From Chlorokybus atmophyticus (taxonomy: Eukaryota > Plantae > Mesostigma and Chlorokybus algae), in NCBI GenBank assembly GCA_009103225.1, contig RHPI01000797.1, positions 681,064 through 745,063 of the forward strand: 64,000 nt of DNA, in the 5' to 3' direction. The position numbers and the translations under genes were made by a program. Below the pieces are notes generated by a model that searched no databases, was not told where the DNA came from, and saw only the letters and a list, made by a program, of their open reading frames with translations. Below, piece after piece: positions 1 to 17,333 of the stretch; within the stretch, counting starts at the first letter, position 1, and every line of letters begins with the position of its first letter.

Positions 1-2824
1 AATGTGGGTCAACTGCGTACACATCACGCATTGCATATATACGTGGGCATAATGTGGGCCACTTGCGTAGGACCGTTTGAACAACAGTTATACGAAGCGC
101 GTTTGTACTGGGCGTTTTCAGCTCATAGCGTTGTATTTGCTCATTGGCGCAGAGTGCACAATCGTGCAGCCTGCAACCCCATGTTGAGGTAGTGTGTTAT
201 TTTCTTTTTAAGTACGGTGCCATTTCACATGCTGATGCATGCCATGCAAAATGCGCATACACAGATGCGGCATCTTTGCATGCGCAATCTGTTGCGGCTT
301 TGCACACTATGCTTTATGCATAGCCATCTTCAACCATTATAGCCCACGACTGTACGCTCTCTCATCACACTTTTGTCGATGTCACCTACTCTATATGTCC
401 GCAGCGCGTACGTCTCCTCCGCAGCAGCCAGGGTTCCACCGTCTTTGCAAGTTGCAAAAACGCCGCCACATCCGTACACATGGTGCGTGCGTGCGTGCGT
501 GCGTGCGTATGCATGTTGTTCATAATAAGGTCAATAAATTGTTATGCGTTAAGCACACATATTCATTAGAATACACATGCAGCAATACACCAAATATCAA
601 ACGTAACATGATGATCATACCTTTTACATCTAGATTTGCTTTACCAATTGTACATCTGCTACATCGCGACCACCACTGTATACAGCTCGTAGCGCTCACA
701 ATAGATGCCACCCGTTGTGCGCATGTATTCTTGTGCATAATGTTTATGGTCACTGCCATGCTCAAAGCACACACATACAAATACACATGCGCAAATGCGC
801 GTAGTATCCAATGCAACATGACTAACCGATAGGCAGGCTACCTTCACATGTATTACTGCTGTATCAAATGAATATTTTCCATATTGTAATCACCATTATA
901 ATAACTATAATTTTTATAATCATTGGGCGCCACCCATTTTGCACTTGTATTGTTATTAGTATGATTGCATACACATACACAATTTGCACTATGGCTTAAT
1001 TCAGTGCATGCTACGCAGTAACAATTCATTGTCACACATACATGACAGCGCACATACTCAACATTACACACACACATGCTGGTAAGCGCATATTGCTTAG
1101 CTAGCGTGTGCATGTTGCTTGACTTGTATGCACGCTATGCATGCTTGAGTGTTACTGTTGTTGTTCGTGTGTGTGCACAGACTGCATGTGTGCAACATGA
1201 CCCATGCCCTATGCATGTTGCATTTTTTGTACACACACTCTCACAATCCCTCTTGCAACTTTTGTTCACCACGCACCGCCGCCCCGACGCTGCGAGCGGC
1301 CTGCCTCTACCCTGCCTCCCTGCCGCCAATTTTTGACCGCCAACGCGACGGATGACGCGCGGCGCGCGCGCATGCTTATCAGCGCCCTGGTGTGCCGTCG
1401 GTAGGCTTCGAGTTCGGACGCATGGTATGCATTGGGCTTCACCACTAAGCAGGTGGTGTCACCCAATGCATCCATCCGAATAATAAAACTCTTTGGCTTC
1501 CGGGCCGGCTTCGGCAGCGCGGTAAGGCAGCGCGGTAAGCTTTCATGAAATTTAGATGCCACGTGGCGGCCGAACGAACATACAGACTGACCAAACGCTG
1601 TTTACAACGCTAGGGATAATAAGCCGTCGGCCAAGCTTACGCAGACTCTGCTTGCCAAGCAGCCAGCCGGCACCCGCAAACATAGTTGAAACTCGCTCAT
1701 TAGATATCATGGGATGCCAATGTTCAAGAACAAATACTGCCAACCATGCCTGTACATGAATTACTGCCCGTCCGATGCTAGCATGGCGTCCGCCTCCGTC
1801 GTCAACGTCGCCATCGCCGGCCCCCACCCTGGCACGGCCGCCACAGCAGCCGCTCCGCGCTCCAGTATGGCGAGGCCCTGCGCACGCTGTAGGGCGCAGG
1901 CGTTATTTGGTTAGGGTTAACCGCTAGACTTGCTTGTTTATCAATGGCCACAGGACTTCAGAAACGTACGTTGATGTATCAGTACCGAGCAGTTGACTTT
2001 TTCTCCGTGTCTGCAACCGCGGCTCCCGCCGTCAGTGAGCCACTCAATGAACTTGAGCTTCGCAGCTGGCGCGCGCACGGCAAGATACGACGTCATCATG
2101 CCGCGACCGGTGCAACCGGAGGTGCTGCCTGGACTGGCCCTCCACAGATGTCCGAACTGTCTGCCTGAATGTACATCGCACATGCTGGTTCTGTCGACTA
2201 TTGGTTGCCCGCCACTGTTAGGGTTTCCGTCCACTAGCCCTGTAAGCGTCGCCATCCCGTCTTAAAGTAGACTTTAGACGTCGACACGTCGACAATGACC
2301 TGCCCAGTAGCCGTCAAAGTCCACCGATTGTCGGCGACTTGGCCGACTTCGCCGTCGGAGAAGGGCCTTTTCACCACTTGTTTTACCCCACTGTAGTACC
2401 ACCGGCTTTGAGGCGGTGTGACGGCCGTTCCACCGGCTGCCAAACATTTGCGAGAGATGGTCGCTTTTCTTGCCGTCTCGCCTGCATATGGTAAGAACTT
2501 TAAGTGCAAGTGGACCGAAACCCTTATGCAAGTCAGCTTCGGAAGGGTTCTCGTCGTCCATTGACCGAAGCCCTGTCGGTGCATTCTAGCCAACTGGTAG
2601 ATGGAACAGTTGGGGTGTCGAAGTTCTTCGACTCGAAGAGGCATCGTATCCGTCAGTAATTGTTTCGAAGTACATGTTGTGATGTATGTAGGCTTGTGCG
2701 GGTGAACTCGGACAACATGCCGCGGGTGCATGTCCCGTACCACGACGTGGTCGAACAGGTGTGCAATGCTGTAGGCCTTGGTGTCTGATACATTTATGCC
2801 TTAGCAGGCGGCGGCGGCGGTCAC

Positions 2825-5799
2825 ATGGACAGAGGCGTACTGTTCAGCGCGTCGCTCCCCCTCGCTGCTGAACTTGCTACGCAGAACAGGCGGCGTACGC
2901 TCAGTCCGGACGGCCGCCTGCTTAATGTTGATGCCATTGAGGTGGTCCTGGAGGCCGTGGTCGACGGCAGCGATGGGGCGGCTGCCGGCGCCTGCGGGGC
3001 GGTATTCCGGACGGCCGTGGAGCAGTTTGTGCAGCGGTTTGGCGAGCGCCTGCATGTAGTGGAGCCTGGGCTGCAATGCTGGCGCGTTGTGGTGGATGAC
3101 GCCGCCAGCGTGGAGGTGCTGGTGTACAAGGAGGACCTCATGGAGATGGTGTCGCGAGCGGAGGAGGAGGAGGAGCGGCGTCGCAAGCGTAATGTCCGCG
3201 CACCATCAGCGCCATCTCCTCACACGTTCGCACGCCCACTGCATTGCAATCACTGCAAGGTGATGGGATGGGGAGACCACCCAGTAGCAGGCTTCCGCTA
3301 CCACTTCATTATCCCCCACCCCGTGCATGGCGCCTCGGCTGCCATCGGCTGCTGCCCCGCCTGCGCCTCACAAGTACCAGCGTCTTCCCCTCGCGCATCG
3401 CCAAGCTCACTCGTCAGGTGTGATGTGACGCGACATGCATATGCACTGTGTGTGTGTGTGTGTGTGTGCGCTTCTTTCTTTGCTCGCATGCATGCAATGA
3501 GTGCGACACAACTCGTGCATTATACCGTATACTCCGTGACGTGGTTGTCCTCATAAAAATACGCTTTGCACGGGTGCATCAAACGATCCTCTGCGGTTGT
3601 CTACTCGCTGCGCTTTGCACATGTCACCAAAAGCGTCAACACGTCTGTGCTTGTTCCGTCGCATGGGATTGTTACTCGCTTGCCAATCACACAACATGAT
3701 GGTTCATTGCTCCCTCCTGATGTGACAACAAAGTGATGGCTCGGTGCAGGGTGTGCAAGGTCTGCAAGGTGTTGTGGCTGCCGGCGTCGCTGTCGTCGCT
3801 GACGTGTGAGAGCCACCTGCTGCACGGGATGCTGCACGGGAACGGCTTCGGGCATCTGCTGTGCACAAATGGGCGGGAGGGCGGGTCCCCGCGCCTGTCC
3901 GGCACACAGCTGATGGAGCTGTGGGACCGCCTCTGCGCCACCGTGCATGCTCGACAGGTCAGCGTGGAGGACGTCGCGCGCAAGCGGCTCCAACTCAGCT
4001 ATGCTTGCAACAACAACAACAGCTTCACCTGCGAGTACCGCCTCTTGCATGCGGCCGCCTTCGGGGCGCCCTGGTACGCCCGCTGGGGATACACCTTTGG
4101 TCGCGGCTCCTACGGCATCACGCAGCGCTGCTTCGCCACAGCCGTGGACCTCGTGCGCTCGGCCCCGCTGCAGGCCGTCCTGCACGACTTCGAGGAGCTT
4201 CATGATCATGATGTGCGAGGAAACACTCGCTCGCATGATGACGCCAGCGGTGTGACTCCTGTGATACGCATGTATATTGCGTATGCCGCCCGAAGCGTGC
4301 ATCTGAAGAGCTCGCAGACCCTCGCCACGTTGGGGGAACTCTTGCGCTACATGATGCATCTCAAGGACGAGGCGGTCAAGATCGACGCCAACAAAAACTG
4401 TAACGAGCAGTTGTCTATGGCGGCAGCGGAAACAACAATGAAGAGGCCATGCAGGTGGTCCTCGACGAGGGTGGAGCTGGCAATGCTGGCGGTGGTGGGC
4501 GTGCTGGTGGCAAATGCGGCGACCAAGCCGCTGATGACACGTCAGGAGCTGCGCGAAGGCGCGCGCCCGCACGTCGGCGACACAGGCCTCCTCGACCATG
4601 TCCTCAAGGCCATCGCCAACCGCGTTGTTGGGGACGTCTTCGTCCACCGCGTCTTCAATGTCCAGACCAGAGTCCTCGAGTACCAACTCCAAGACCCCGC
4701 CACAGCGGCCATGGCTGAGCCGTCGCTGTCGGCCCCGCCATCGTCCTCAACAACCATCTCCTCTTTGTGCTCCAGCGAGCAGGTGTGGCGCGACATGCTC
4801 CTCCTCTACAAGCACGTCCTCGCAAGCTACGCCCCGGCCTTACATGCCGCTCCGAGCAAATTCTCCCCGCTGGTGGAAGCCGCTCGCATTATCCTCGACA
4901 CCAAGCATCTCCTCAAGGACTACTACAACCACCGCGGGGACATGCACGTACCCGCGCTGGCAGGGCGCGACAGCGACAACAACAATAACACCTCCCCACA
5001 CCCGGAGCATCTTCAGTTGGCATGCACAGTGCTCTTCGGCAACCAACACAGCGGATCTCTAGAGGCCCTGCCGCGGCAGCGTCACACGGTCCCGCCCTCG
5101 GAGCTGATATCCGTGCCGGCCCACGCGAGCATTGGGGAGCTCAAGTGCGAGGCCGAGCGCGCATTCAGAGGCGTGTACCCGGCCCTGCGCTCCCTGCGTG
5201 TGGGCGCTGTGGTTGGGTTGGAAGCCCTCGGGGACGCCGCGCCCGCAGAGTGGGTGCTCAAAGCTTTCAGCTCTAAAGATGCGGGTGAAAACAACAACAA
5301 CGACTCGTCCTCCTCCTCACCCTCGCCGGTGTTGGTGTTGCACGCGTGTGGGGAGGATGTGGACCCGCCGTGGCGCTACGAGGGTGACGACCCGGGCAGC
5401 TGGACGGTGCGTTGCAGGTGCGGGGTGCGTGACGATGACGGTGAGAGAATGGTGTATTGCGGCGTGTGCGAGTTGTGGCAGCACGCACGCTGCAACAATA
5501 TTGATGACAACGTCTGGCCCACGCCCCCACCTCCACAACTTGTTTGCTCCGACTGCCTCGCCTCCCTCTCCATCGCCGTTGAGCCCGCCCCCGCCATCAC
5601 CCCCGCCTCCAACAACAACGATACCGACCCCCTGAACGCCAACCACATCAAGCCCAGCATCTTCGACTACATCCACAACACTGACACTCTGAACGCCACC
5701 ACCAAGCCCAGCACCTTCAACTACACCCACAATATTCACAACAACAACGCGCTGCTGAAGCGCATGGCCTGCATGTTTGACGGCATGTTGCGCTGCTGA
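2825..5799 (+). CDS. MS1/MMD1: PHD finger protein, MALE STERILITY1 / MMD1 (DUET) family; exons 2825-3417 and 3750-5799
   Basis: Exon 1 encodes HCNHCKVMGWGDHPVAGFRYHFIIP. Exon 2 encodes HLLHGMLHGNGFGHLLCTNGREGGS..LSGTQLMELWDRLC, WYARWGYTFGRGSYG and LREGARPHVGDTGLLDHVLK, and ends in a PHD finger (CRCGVRDDDGERMVYCGVCELWQHARC..CSDC). The GT (3418) / AG (3749) junction keeps the frame (AG|G = Arg). Confidence 0.9.
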
Positions 5800-6759
5800 G
5801 AGAGTAAGGGCGTATGCTCTCTCCCTCCAACTCACTGTCACCCTTCTCCCCTCTTCTCCTGCTTCTCTTTCTTCTGCTTCTGGCTGGTTCTGGTGAACAA
5901 CATTGTTGGCGTGTACCCGCCCCCGACATTTGCTTGAGTTGCACGCGTAGCTTCGCACGACACACATCCGAGTCAATAGAACAACTGTACTGTGCATGCT
6001 TCCCTCTAGATGGTAGTAGGTACTGTAGCAGATGCATCACATACAGTTGTAGAGATAGAATGCAGGGGTGATGTGGGCCCTGAGCACTGCTGAACCGGCT
6101 CACGCTCACGCCCACACCACGTTGCAGGCTACCCAGGTCCACAGCCTACAGAGAGAGATATTATATAGTATAGCAAAAACTGCAACGGTGTGCTGGTCAA
6201 CCCGATTTGCTGACCACACTCCGTTTTAGCTACCAACAAGACATGATGATTAATACGCTGTGTAAAGCTATTCTTTCTCTTCTCTTCCCTGTTGTTTCTC
6301 ACCCAGTCTGCATGTCGACATCATGCCTCATAATGTGTTTTCATGTCGTGGAGCATGACATGTTTGAGGCTGTGGTTGTCAGGAGGCATGTTGCTGGTGT
6401 GAGCTTTGTTTGGCGCGCGCAAGGACAGTGTGCAGTGTGCTACTTTTGCTTTCTGCACACGCATCACGACATTGACCCGCTTGCATCAAGCCACACCAAG
6501 CCTTCTCACTGCGTCCCTCCTTAACCACAGCCTTCTGGAGTGCATTCAGCGGCCTTTGACTGTTGTTGGATGGCTGCTTCTGTGGGAAGCAGCATGCAGA
6601 GGTCTCAGTCCTGCCTTGCCCAAATTGCCTGTGAGCTCTTATGCGTGCTGAACACATGACGTGGCGGATTGTTTGTACACACTTCACAACCCATCTCAAC
6701 TACTTACTACCTTCTGGTGACACTTCAGTCACGCAATTGCAACACACGTGTGTGCCACA

Positions 6760-8287
6760 TGTAACCATAGCATCTACCAGGCCAGTGTGGTGAGTGCATG
6801 CGTGTTTGCAGACAGAAGCAGGCTAGTTGCAGTTGTGGCGCGGGCAGGCAGCACACAGTTCCGTTGGAGAGCACCTGTTATTGATACGCCAAGCTTGCAA
6901 GCAAATCCGCCAAACAGTGTGCAGTCTGATTGTGGCGACTGCGGTGCCACCCAGTGGGGGGGTCATCATGCTCCTGCGAGTGTGTGTGTATGTGCGTGCG
7001 CACTCCCGCGCGTGCATGCGTGTCGGTACGTGCATACATGCATGCCTGCGTATCTCGCTGTGTGTGCACGTGCGTGTGCGCTTGCTTGCGTGCATGTGAG
7101 TGTGTAAAGGTATGTGGCGTGTGCGCTTGCGCGCTTGCATGGGCGTTTGTACGCGTGCATCTGTGTGCGTGCAAACATATATGCGTGCGCGTGCGTGTGC
7201 GTGGTGATCAATCCCCTGTGCACCCCAATACATGACCTCATGCGACTGGTCCATGCAACTGGGCTATCGCCAACTTGCGCAGTAGTTACGACTTGCCAAG
7301 TTTCCCAAGATAGAGTGCAGGTGCATGAGTACCACCCATGCACTTGCGCCTTCACTGTAACATCAAACACCACCATGTGCCCGGCACACAAACATGTTGC
7401 TGCTGGCTTTTGTGCGAAGCATGGCATAACAGCTAGACTGCATTTGGCTTATGAGACAACAACAACAACAACAACAACTCACGTATGCTCGCCGTAGCTG
7501 CCCAGTCCCTACGGTCCCCACTGACCGCTCCTTAAGCGCAACCAACTAAGACAAGAGAGCTTCCTCGCCAGCGTAGCTGTTGGTAGCTATGTGCTTGCGG
7601 CAGCAAGTAACGCTGTTGATACTCGCGGTTAGCGTCGCTGAGGCCACCTGTGTAAGCTGATGTTGTCATCATGATCAGCGCATATTGGGTACTACTGAAC
7701 ATGAATATTGCGAGAGAAGCGAAGTGTGGGAACTTGCTCCTCCGCATGAGTGTGGGGCGACCGCGCACATGCGACGCATGCCAACGTAGCCTGCTGCAGG
7801 GAAAGCCTCTGTTGTTGTTGAGGTGTGCCGGCAGCATGTGGTGTATTCAAGATTGGAGTGCATTCATGAGACGAGAAGCCGGCGGCCAAGGCGTCTACAT
7901 CCGCAGTCCAATTGGCACACCAGCTTGTCCAATCGGCGCCTTGTAGTTGGCCCGCCAGCTGAAGAAAAGCGGGGAAATACATGGTGATTGTGTGCATGAA
8001 CGTGAGCGCGCACACAATGACACGCATGTGCGCGCGCACGCACACACGCGCGGATGCGCGTGCGGATGCACAAACAGAGAGAAGCCTTGTATGTAGCGCA
8101 TCACATCGCCAACGCACACCAGCCAGGCCTGGGGAGTTAGGTTGTAGTGGAGCAGCGGGGTGGAGGACCTGTGCACTGCAGGATCAGAGCGCTGGCAGCG
8201 CTCTGATCCTATGATAATGTGATCTCCTTGTCGTGCTAGTTTTAGGCCCCGCACACACACACACGCACACACACACACACACAGGGG

Positions 8288-8331
<44 letters not shown>

Positions 8332-8750
8332 ATGGGAGCAGGAACCTCCCAGTGTGGTGCTTTTCTGAACAGGTGCGTAGACAAGGTGGTACAGTATCGT
8401 GCGCAAATCAACTAGGACAGACTCGATTGCACTGACCAGCACTGCAAAGTGACATGGAACGGGAGACTGATGGGGCCAAGACAGGAGACTGTTGGCACTC
8501 AAGCTGCTTATGTCTCACCTGAGTTGTGTCTTTCCCAATGTGGGCCATGCAAGAGGCGCAAGCACGTTGTTGATATGCGTGCCGAGACTGCATGCATGGT
8601 GAACAGAGAGGCACAAGGCTAGCATGATGGTCGTTTGCTTGGAAGACAACAGACTGCATGCAACCATCTGTGTAGCACTGACACGGCAAATGACACGTTT
8701 TTCTTACGGGCCTGAATACCCCCCACCCCCGGAACAAAAGGGCGGCGCAT
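6760..8750 (-). pseudogene. Putative decayed multi-exon gene of unknown family
   Basis: A series of exon-like blocks bounded by GT/AG (e.g. SLLSWPHQSPVPCHFAVLVSAIESVLVDLRTILYHLVYAP; NLTPQAWLVCVGDVMRYIQGFSLFV; LAGQLQGADWTSWCANWTADVDALAAGF), separated by CA/GT-repeat introns like those of neighbouring genes. Downstream blocks carry in-frame TAG, TGA and TAA. No family recognised. Confidence 0.3.
8180..8210. repeat. Perfect 15-bp inverted repeat with 1-nt spacer
   Basis: AGGATCAGAGCGCTG-G-CAGCGCTCTGATCCT, read directly. Confidence 0.95.
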
Positions 8751-8883
8751 CAGTAGATCTGAGTCGTGGTGGGGAAGGTGACCAGCGGGGCGGCACGCAG
8801 CAGCAGCAGGGCGCCGCTCCCGCCTCCTGATCTCGCCAGCCACCCCGCCGCCTCTCTCTCGCTCTCTCTCTCTCTTAAGGATC

Positions 8884-9130
8884 GTAGGCCTGCAGCCCAG
8901 GCCGCCTAAGCCTACGCCGCAGCCTTGTAGGCCTGCCGGGGTGTCCTCTGGGCGTCCTCTGGGCGTCCATCTGTACAGGTTGTAGGCCTGTCTCTAACCT
9001 GTGTCTAGAAAAGCCGACAAGATGTAGCTAGGTCTAGGCCTACAACGGTTGGTAGTACAACCCATCGCGATGGTAGGCCTAGGCCTAGGCCTAGGCATAG
9101 ACAGCCTGCAGGCTTCCGGTAGGGTTTAGG
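8884..9130. repeat. Cluster of short palindromes (AGGCCT x7, (CCTAGG)3, CCATCGCGATGG, AGCCTGCAGGCT) ending in a telomere-like TAGGGTTTAGG
   Basis: Motifs read directly at about 8886, 8929, 8984, 9037, 9075, 9081, 9087; 9062-9073; 9103-9114; 9120-9130. Confidence 0.8.
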
Positions 9131-10139
9131 ACTCCCGTAAGCACACAATCTCAAGTAACCACGGGAACCAACGTGCATCAGGCAAATTCCTCCCCTATCC
9201 AAGCAGTATCACACTCGATGTAAGCACCCGCCATAGCTGCCATATGTGATCTCAGCGAGGGTAAAGATGTTGAAATGCATTATGCTTTTACGTTTGTTGT
9301 GTACACGTATACATATGGTATAGAGACGGATAGATCATGCACAGCTATGCATAAACTTACGCATATAATTGGCAAGATAACAAGACAACATGGGCAAACT
9401 TAAGTATATAAGGGGCCTAGGTTAGAAGCTTTGATGTGCTATGTGCAAATGCAAAGCGGTGCAGTGGGCAAGGCAGTGGGTACGAGCAAGCAGGCAGCAC
9501 AATCACCAACCAACCCACGTGTTGCAACAAAGGCACTAAATAGACCCTTAGCGCCTCCATTACCACGAACACACAGTAGAGTAAAGCAGAGCAAGAGAGG
9601 GTTAGGTATGGCGGGGCGGTGTGCTGTGCTATGAGATTCATGACATTTGCGCCGCTTGTGGCATTGTGTGGTCGCTATGATCTTGCATCCGATGCAATAA
9701 TACATGATGCATTATGATAAGGTCGTTAGGTGTGACGCAGCAATTGCCTGCAATCGAACAACTCAACTGCAAACTTATACCATGCATACACGGCACTCAC
9801 GACGGCATGACATAGGTCAACCCACATTAGGTCACGTCAATCATGTTAGCAATGCAATTTGCCAAAATGACTTGCATGCATGATGCTTTTGTTGTCACAC
9901 AGATGGATAAGTGCATCAACATATGCAATCTTTTAAAAACGCTATTACTTACAATGCTTAAGAGCAGAGCTAGCAATTGCGACGTATAACTTGTGGTAGC
10001 AATCGTTGCAGTGCTGGCATCGCATGCACACCAGAATAGTTTTATCAAGCTGGATATAACATCAACCCCAGGCTGCCTTTCACCTGTATCTCACCGCAAA
10101 ACTTTACAAGACACCTCTAAAGCTGCGCAGCGCGCGCTC

Positions 10140-10140
10140 A

Positions 10141-10179
<39 letters not shown>

Positions 10180-10569
10180 NNNNNNNNNNNNNNNNNNNNN
10201 NNNNNNNNNNNNNNNNNNNNNNNNNNNNNNNNNNNNNNNNNNNNNNNNNNNNNNNNNNNNNNNNNNNNNNNNNNNNNNNNNNNNNNNNNNNNNNNNNNNN
10301 NNNNNNNNNNNNNNNNNNNNNNNNNNNNNNNNNNNNNNNNNNNNNNNNNNNNNNNNNNNNNNNNNNNNNNNNNNNNNNNNNNNNNNNNNNNNNNNNNNNN
10401 NNNNNNNNNNNNNNNNNNNNNNNNNNNNNNNNNNNNNNNNNNNNNNNNNNNNNNNNNNNNNNNNNNNNNNNNNNNNNNNNNNNNNNNNNNNNNNNNNNNN
10501 NNNNNNNNNNNNNNNNNNNNNNNNNNNNNNNNNNNNNNNNNNNNNNNNNNNNNNNNNNNNNNNNNNNNN

Positions 10570-10617
<48 letters not shown>
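10140..10617. other. Assembly gap (N 10180-10569) flanked by (TA)n and (CT)n microsatellites
   Basis: N run with dinucleotide repeats on both sides. Confidence 0.98.
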
Positions 10618-10621
<4 letters not shown>

Positions 10622-11474
10622 TTTGTATGTGTACAAAAGTACGCACGCACGTGCGCCTGCATATGTAGCGGATGAATTCCCTCGATTCCACCTCCAGATG
10701 TGCTGTACATCAGGTTAACTTGCACATCATACAACTCGGGTCACAACCGTCAGATTGTAAAGTACAATCACACTCTATTTCGCGGTTGCCTGGACGACCG
10801 GTGGATGACACTGGTTGTGTGTACGTACCATGCGCATAGTAACGTAGGTTACACCCCCGTCATCAGATGTATGTTTGTCTTACAAGAATCCATCCATCAC
10901 AGGGGTTACTTTCCCAATGCTTGAAAGAATAATAAACATTTCATGATCAAGGCATAAAATAATGCTAAATGAGGGTATTCCAAAGCTACGTCAATACACA
11001 CTGTTGTGCATCACGTGGCATTTGTATACGTAGTACCATTCATATTAGAAGTGATGAATTACTACAAGCTACCGGTTATAACGCGCCGACTATTGGAACA
11101 TGTTTGCACAGACCAACCACATGGGAGACGCGGTGGTGATTGCGCCACTGATCGCTAGCAGCATCTTACATGCAAATATGCAGTCAAGCCAGAATATCAA
11201 CACACAAGAATTAGCACGCGGGGGCTTCAAGCCAAGAGCACCGCGACCAGGCTGTTATGACCCTGATTAAGTGCACATGCATAGATTGTGGGCAACAACG
11301 CCGCCCTCAAACCATTGTCAGGGGTAGCAAGCACGACCACTCGACCACTGACCCTACACCCCCTACCATAACACTGCATGTCATTGTCACAGCTGCAATG
11401 GTTGTTGTCAGGCGCGAATCATAAAAGCAAATTGTTTTCATGTCAACAAGCCTCACCACGAGTTGCTTACTCTC

Positions 11475-16293
<4,819 letters not shown>

Positions 16294-16644
16294 GCCGCCT
16301 CCCCACTGCGTGTGCACATGCGTGTGTGCACGGGGTGGAGGCTGAAGGTCAACCTCAGCGGGTGGCACGCATCCGGCAAACTGTTGGTCGCGCACACAGA
16401 CCCATACTTTATCACACACTATGAGATAGACGTACATACATGTACGTGCGTGCGACTGAATTGGTGCGGATGGGCCAAATTCATTGGAGGACATAATGCA
16501 GAGGGGGGCTACAGATGGCATGTGTGCTTCCTTTAGCTAACATATACATGCAACGCGGGATCGTACCATTGCCGTGCGCGTGTGCATGTGTGAGAGTAGG
16601 TGCCGTGCCTGCGTGCATGATGGGGGCGCAAGCCACTCACTTAC

Positions 16645-16790
16645 CTTTCACTGCCACCGGTGGCGCTGGTGTTGCTGATACTACTGCAGCTGCAGCCAGG
16701 ACAACCACGACTAGACCACCTTCATGACTGTATTACGCCTCCTACCGCTGAACATCACCCAAATGGCATGCGCATGGCGCCGCCGCCGCG
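16645..16790 (-). promoter_or_regulatory. Probable non-coding leader exon of PHO1 carrying two overlapping uORFs
   Basis: Donor AAG|GTAAGT at 16644 and acceptor CGCAG| at 16306, 12 nt before the PHO1 ATG. uORF1 16775-16755 (MRMPFG*) and uORF2 16755-16711 (MFSGRRRNTVMKVV*) share a TGATG junction. Confidence 0.55.
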
Positions 16791-17333
16791 TCAAGGTCGT
16801 CACTTCACTCCGCGCCCCTTTGCAAAGAATGAAAGGAAGGGTTTACAGTCCGCCAAGGCGAGAAAAATATGGATTCACTGACTTCATTTGAGATGGGAGG
16901 CGTGTAGGAAGGTACTGCTGTACGGTGCAGATCAATGCAGTAATGAGTGATGGTAGAAACTCGTTCCGGATGAGGCCGATAGATTATTGCAAGTAAATCC
17001 TCGTAAACCGTAACAGAAATGTGCAGGGGCAAAGTATTGCGTGTTGCCTTGTGCGAACAAAGTCGGCGCGACGTAAGGTCGACCACATGACTGGCGAGAC
17101 GTATCTGGTGACCGACCCACCGTCGTCCCAGTCACAAGCAGCGTTGTGCAACTTGCGTGGTCGGAACTTCCGGCCCGGACTGGTCAGCCCGATGTGTTGA
17201 GCTCGCAAATGTGTCCTTCTCGGCTACACTTCGGCTACTGTACTGTACTGCACAGTAGTGTAGATGGTCGTGCCAAACAAGATGGGTGGCGGTTCCGCCG
17301 GTCAGTGCGGTTAACACAACACTACACTCGGTA

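Noticed and set aside
3601-4692. 363-aa minus-strand ORF
   Set aside because: Antisense shadow of the GC-rich PHD exon; no motif recognised.
6760-8750. Stop-codon reassignment (TAA/TAG = Gln) as an explanation for the in-frame stops
   Set aside because: PHO1, AP4M and the cyclophilin end in TAA at the expected family positions, and a TGA also interrupts this locus; decay is simpler.
9993-10734. ORFs spanning the N gap
   Set aside because: Open only because N codons are not stops.
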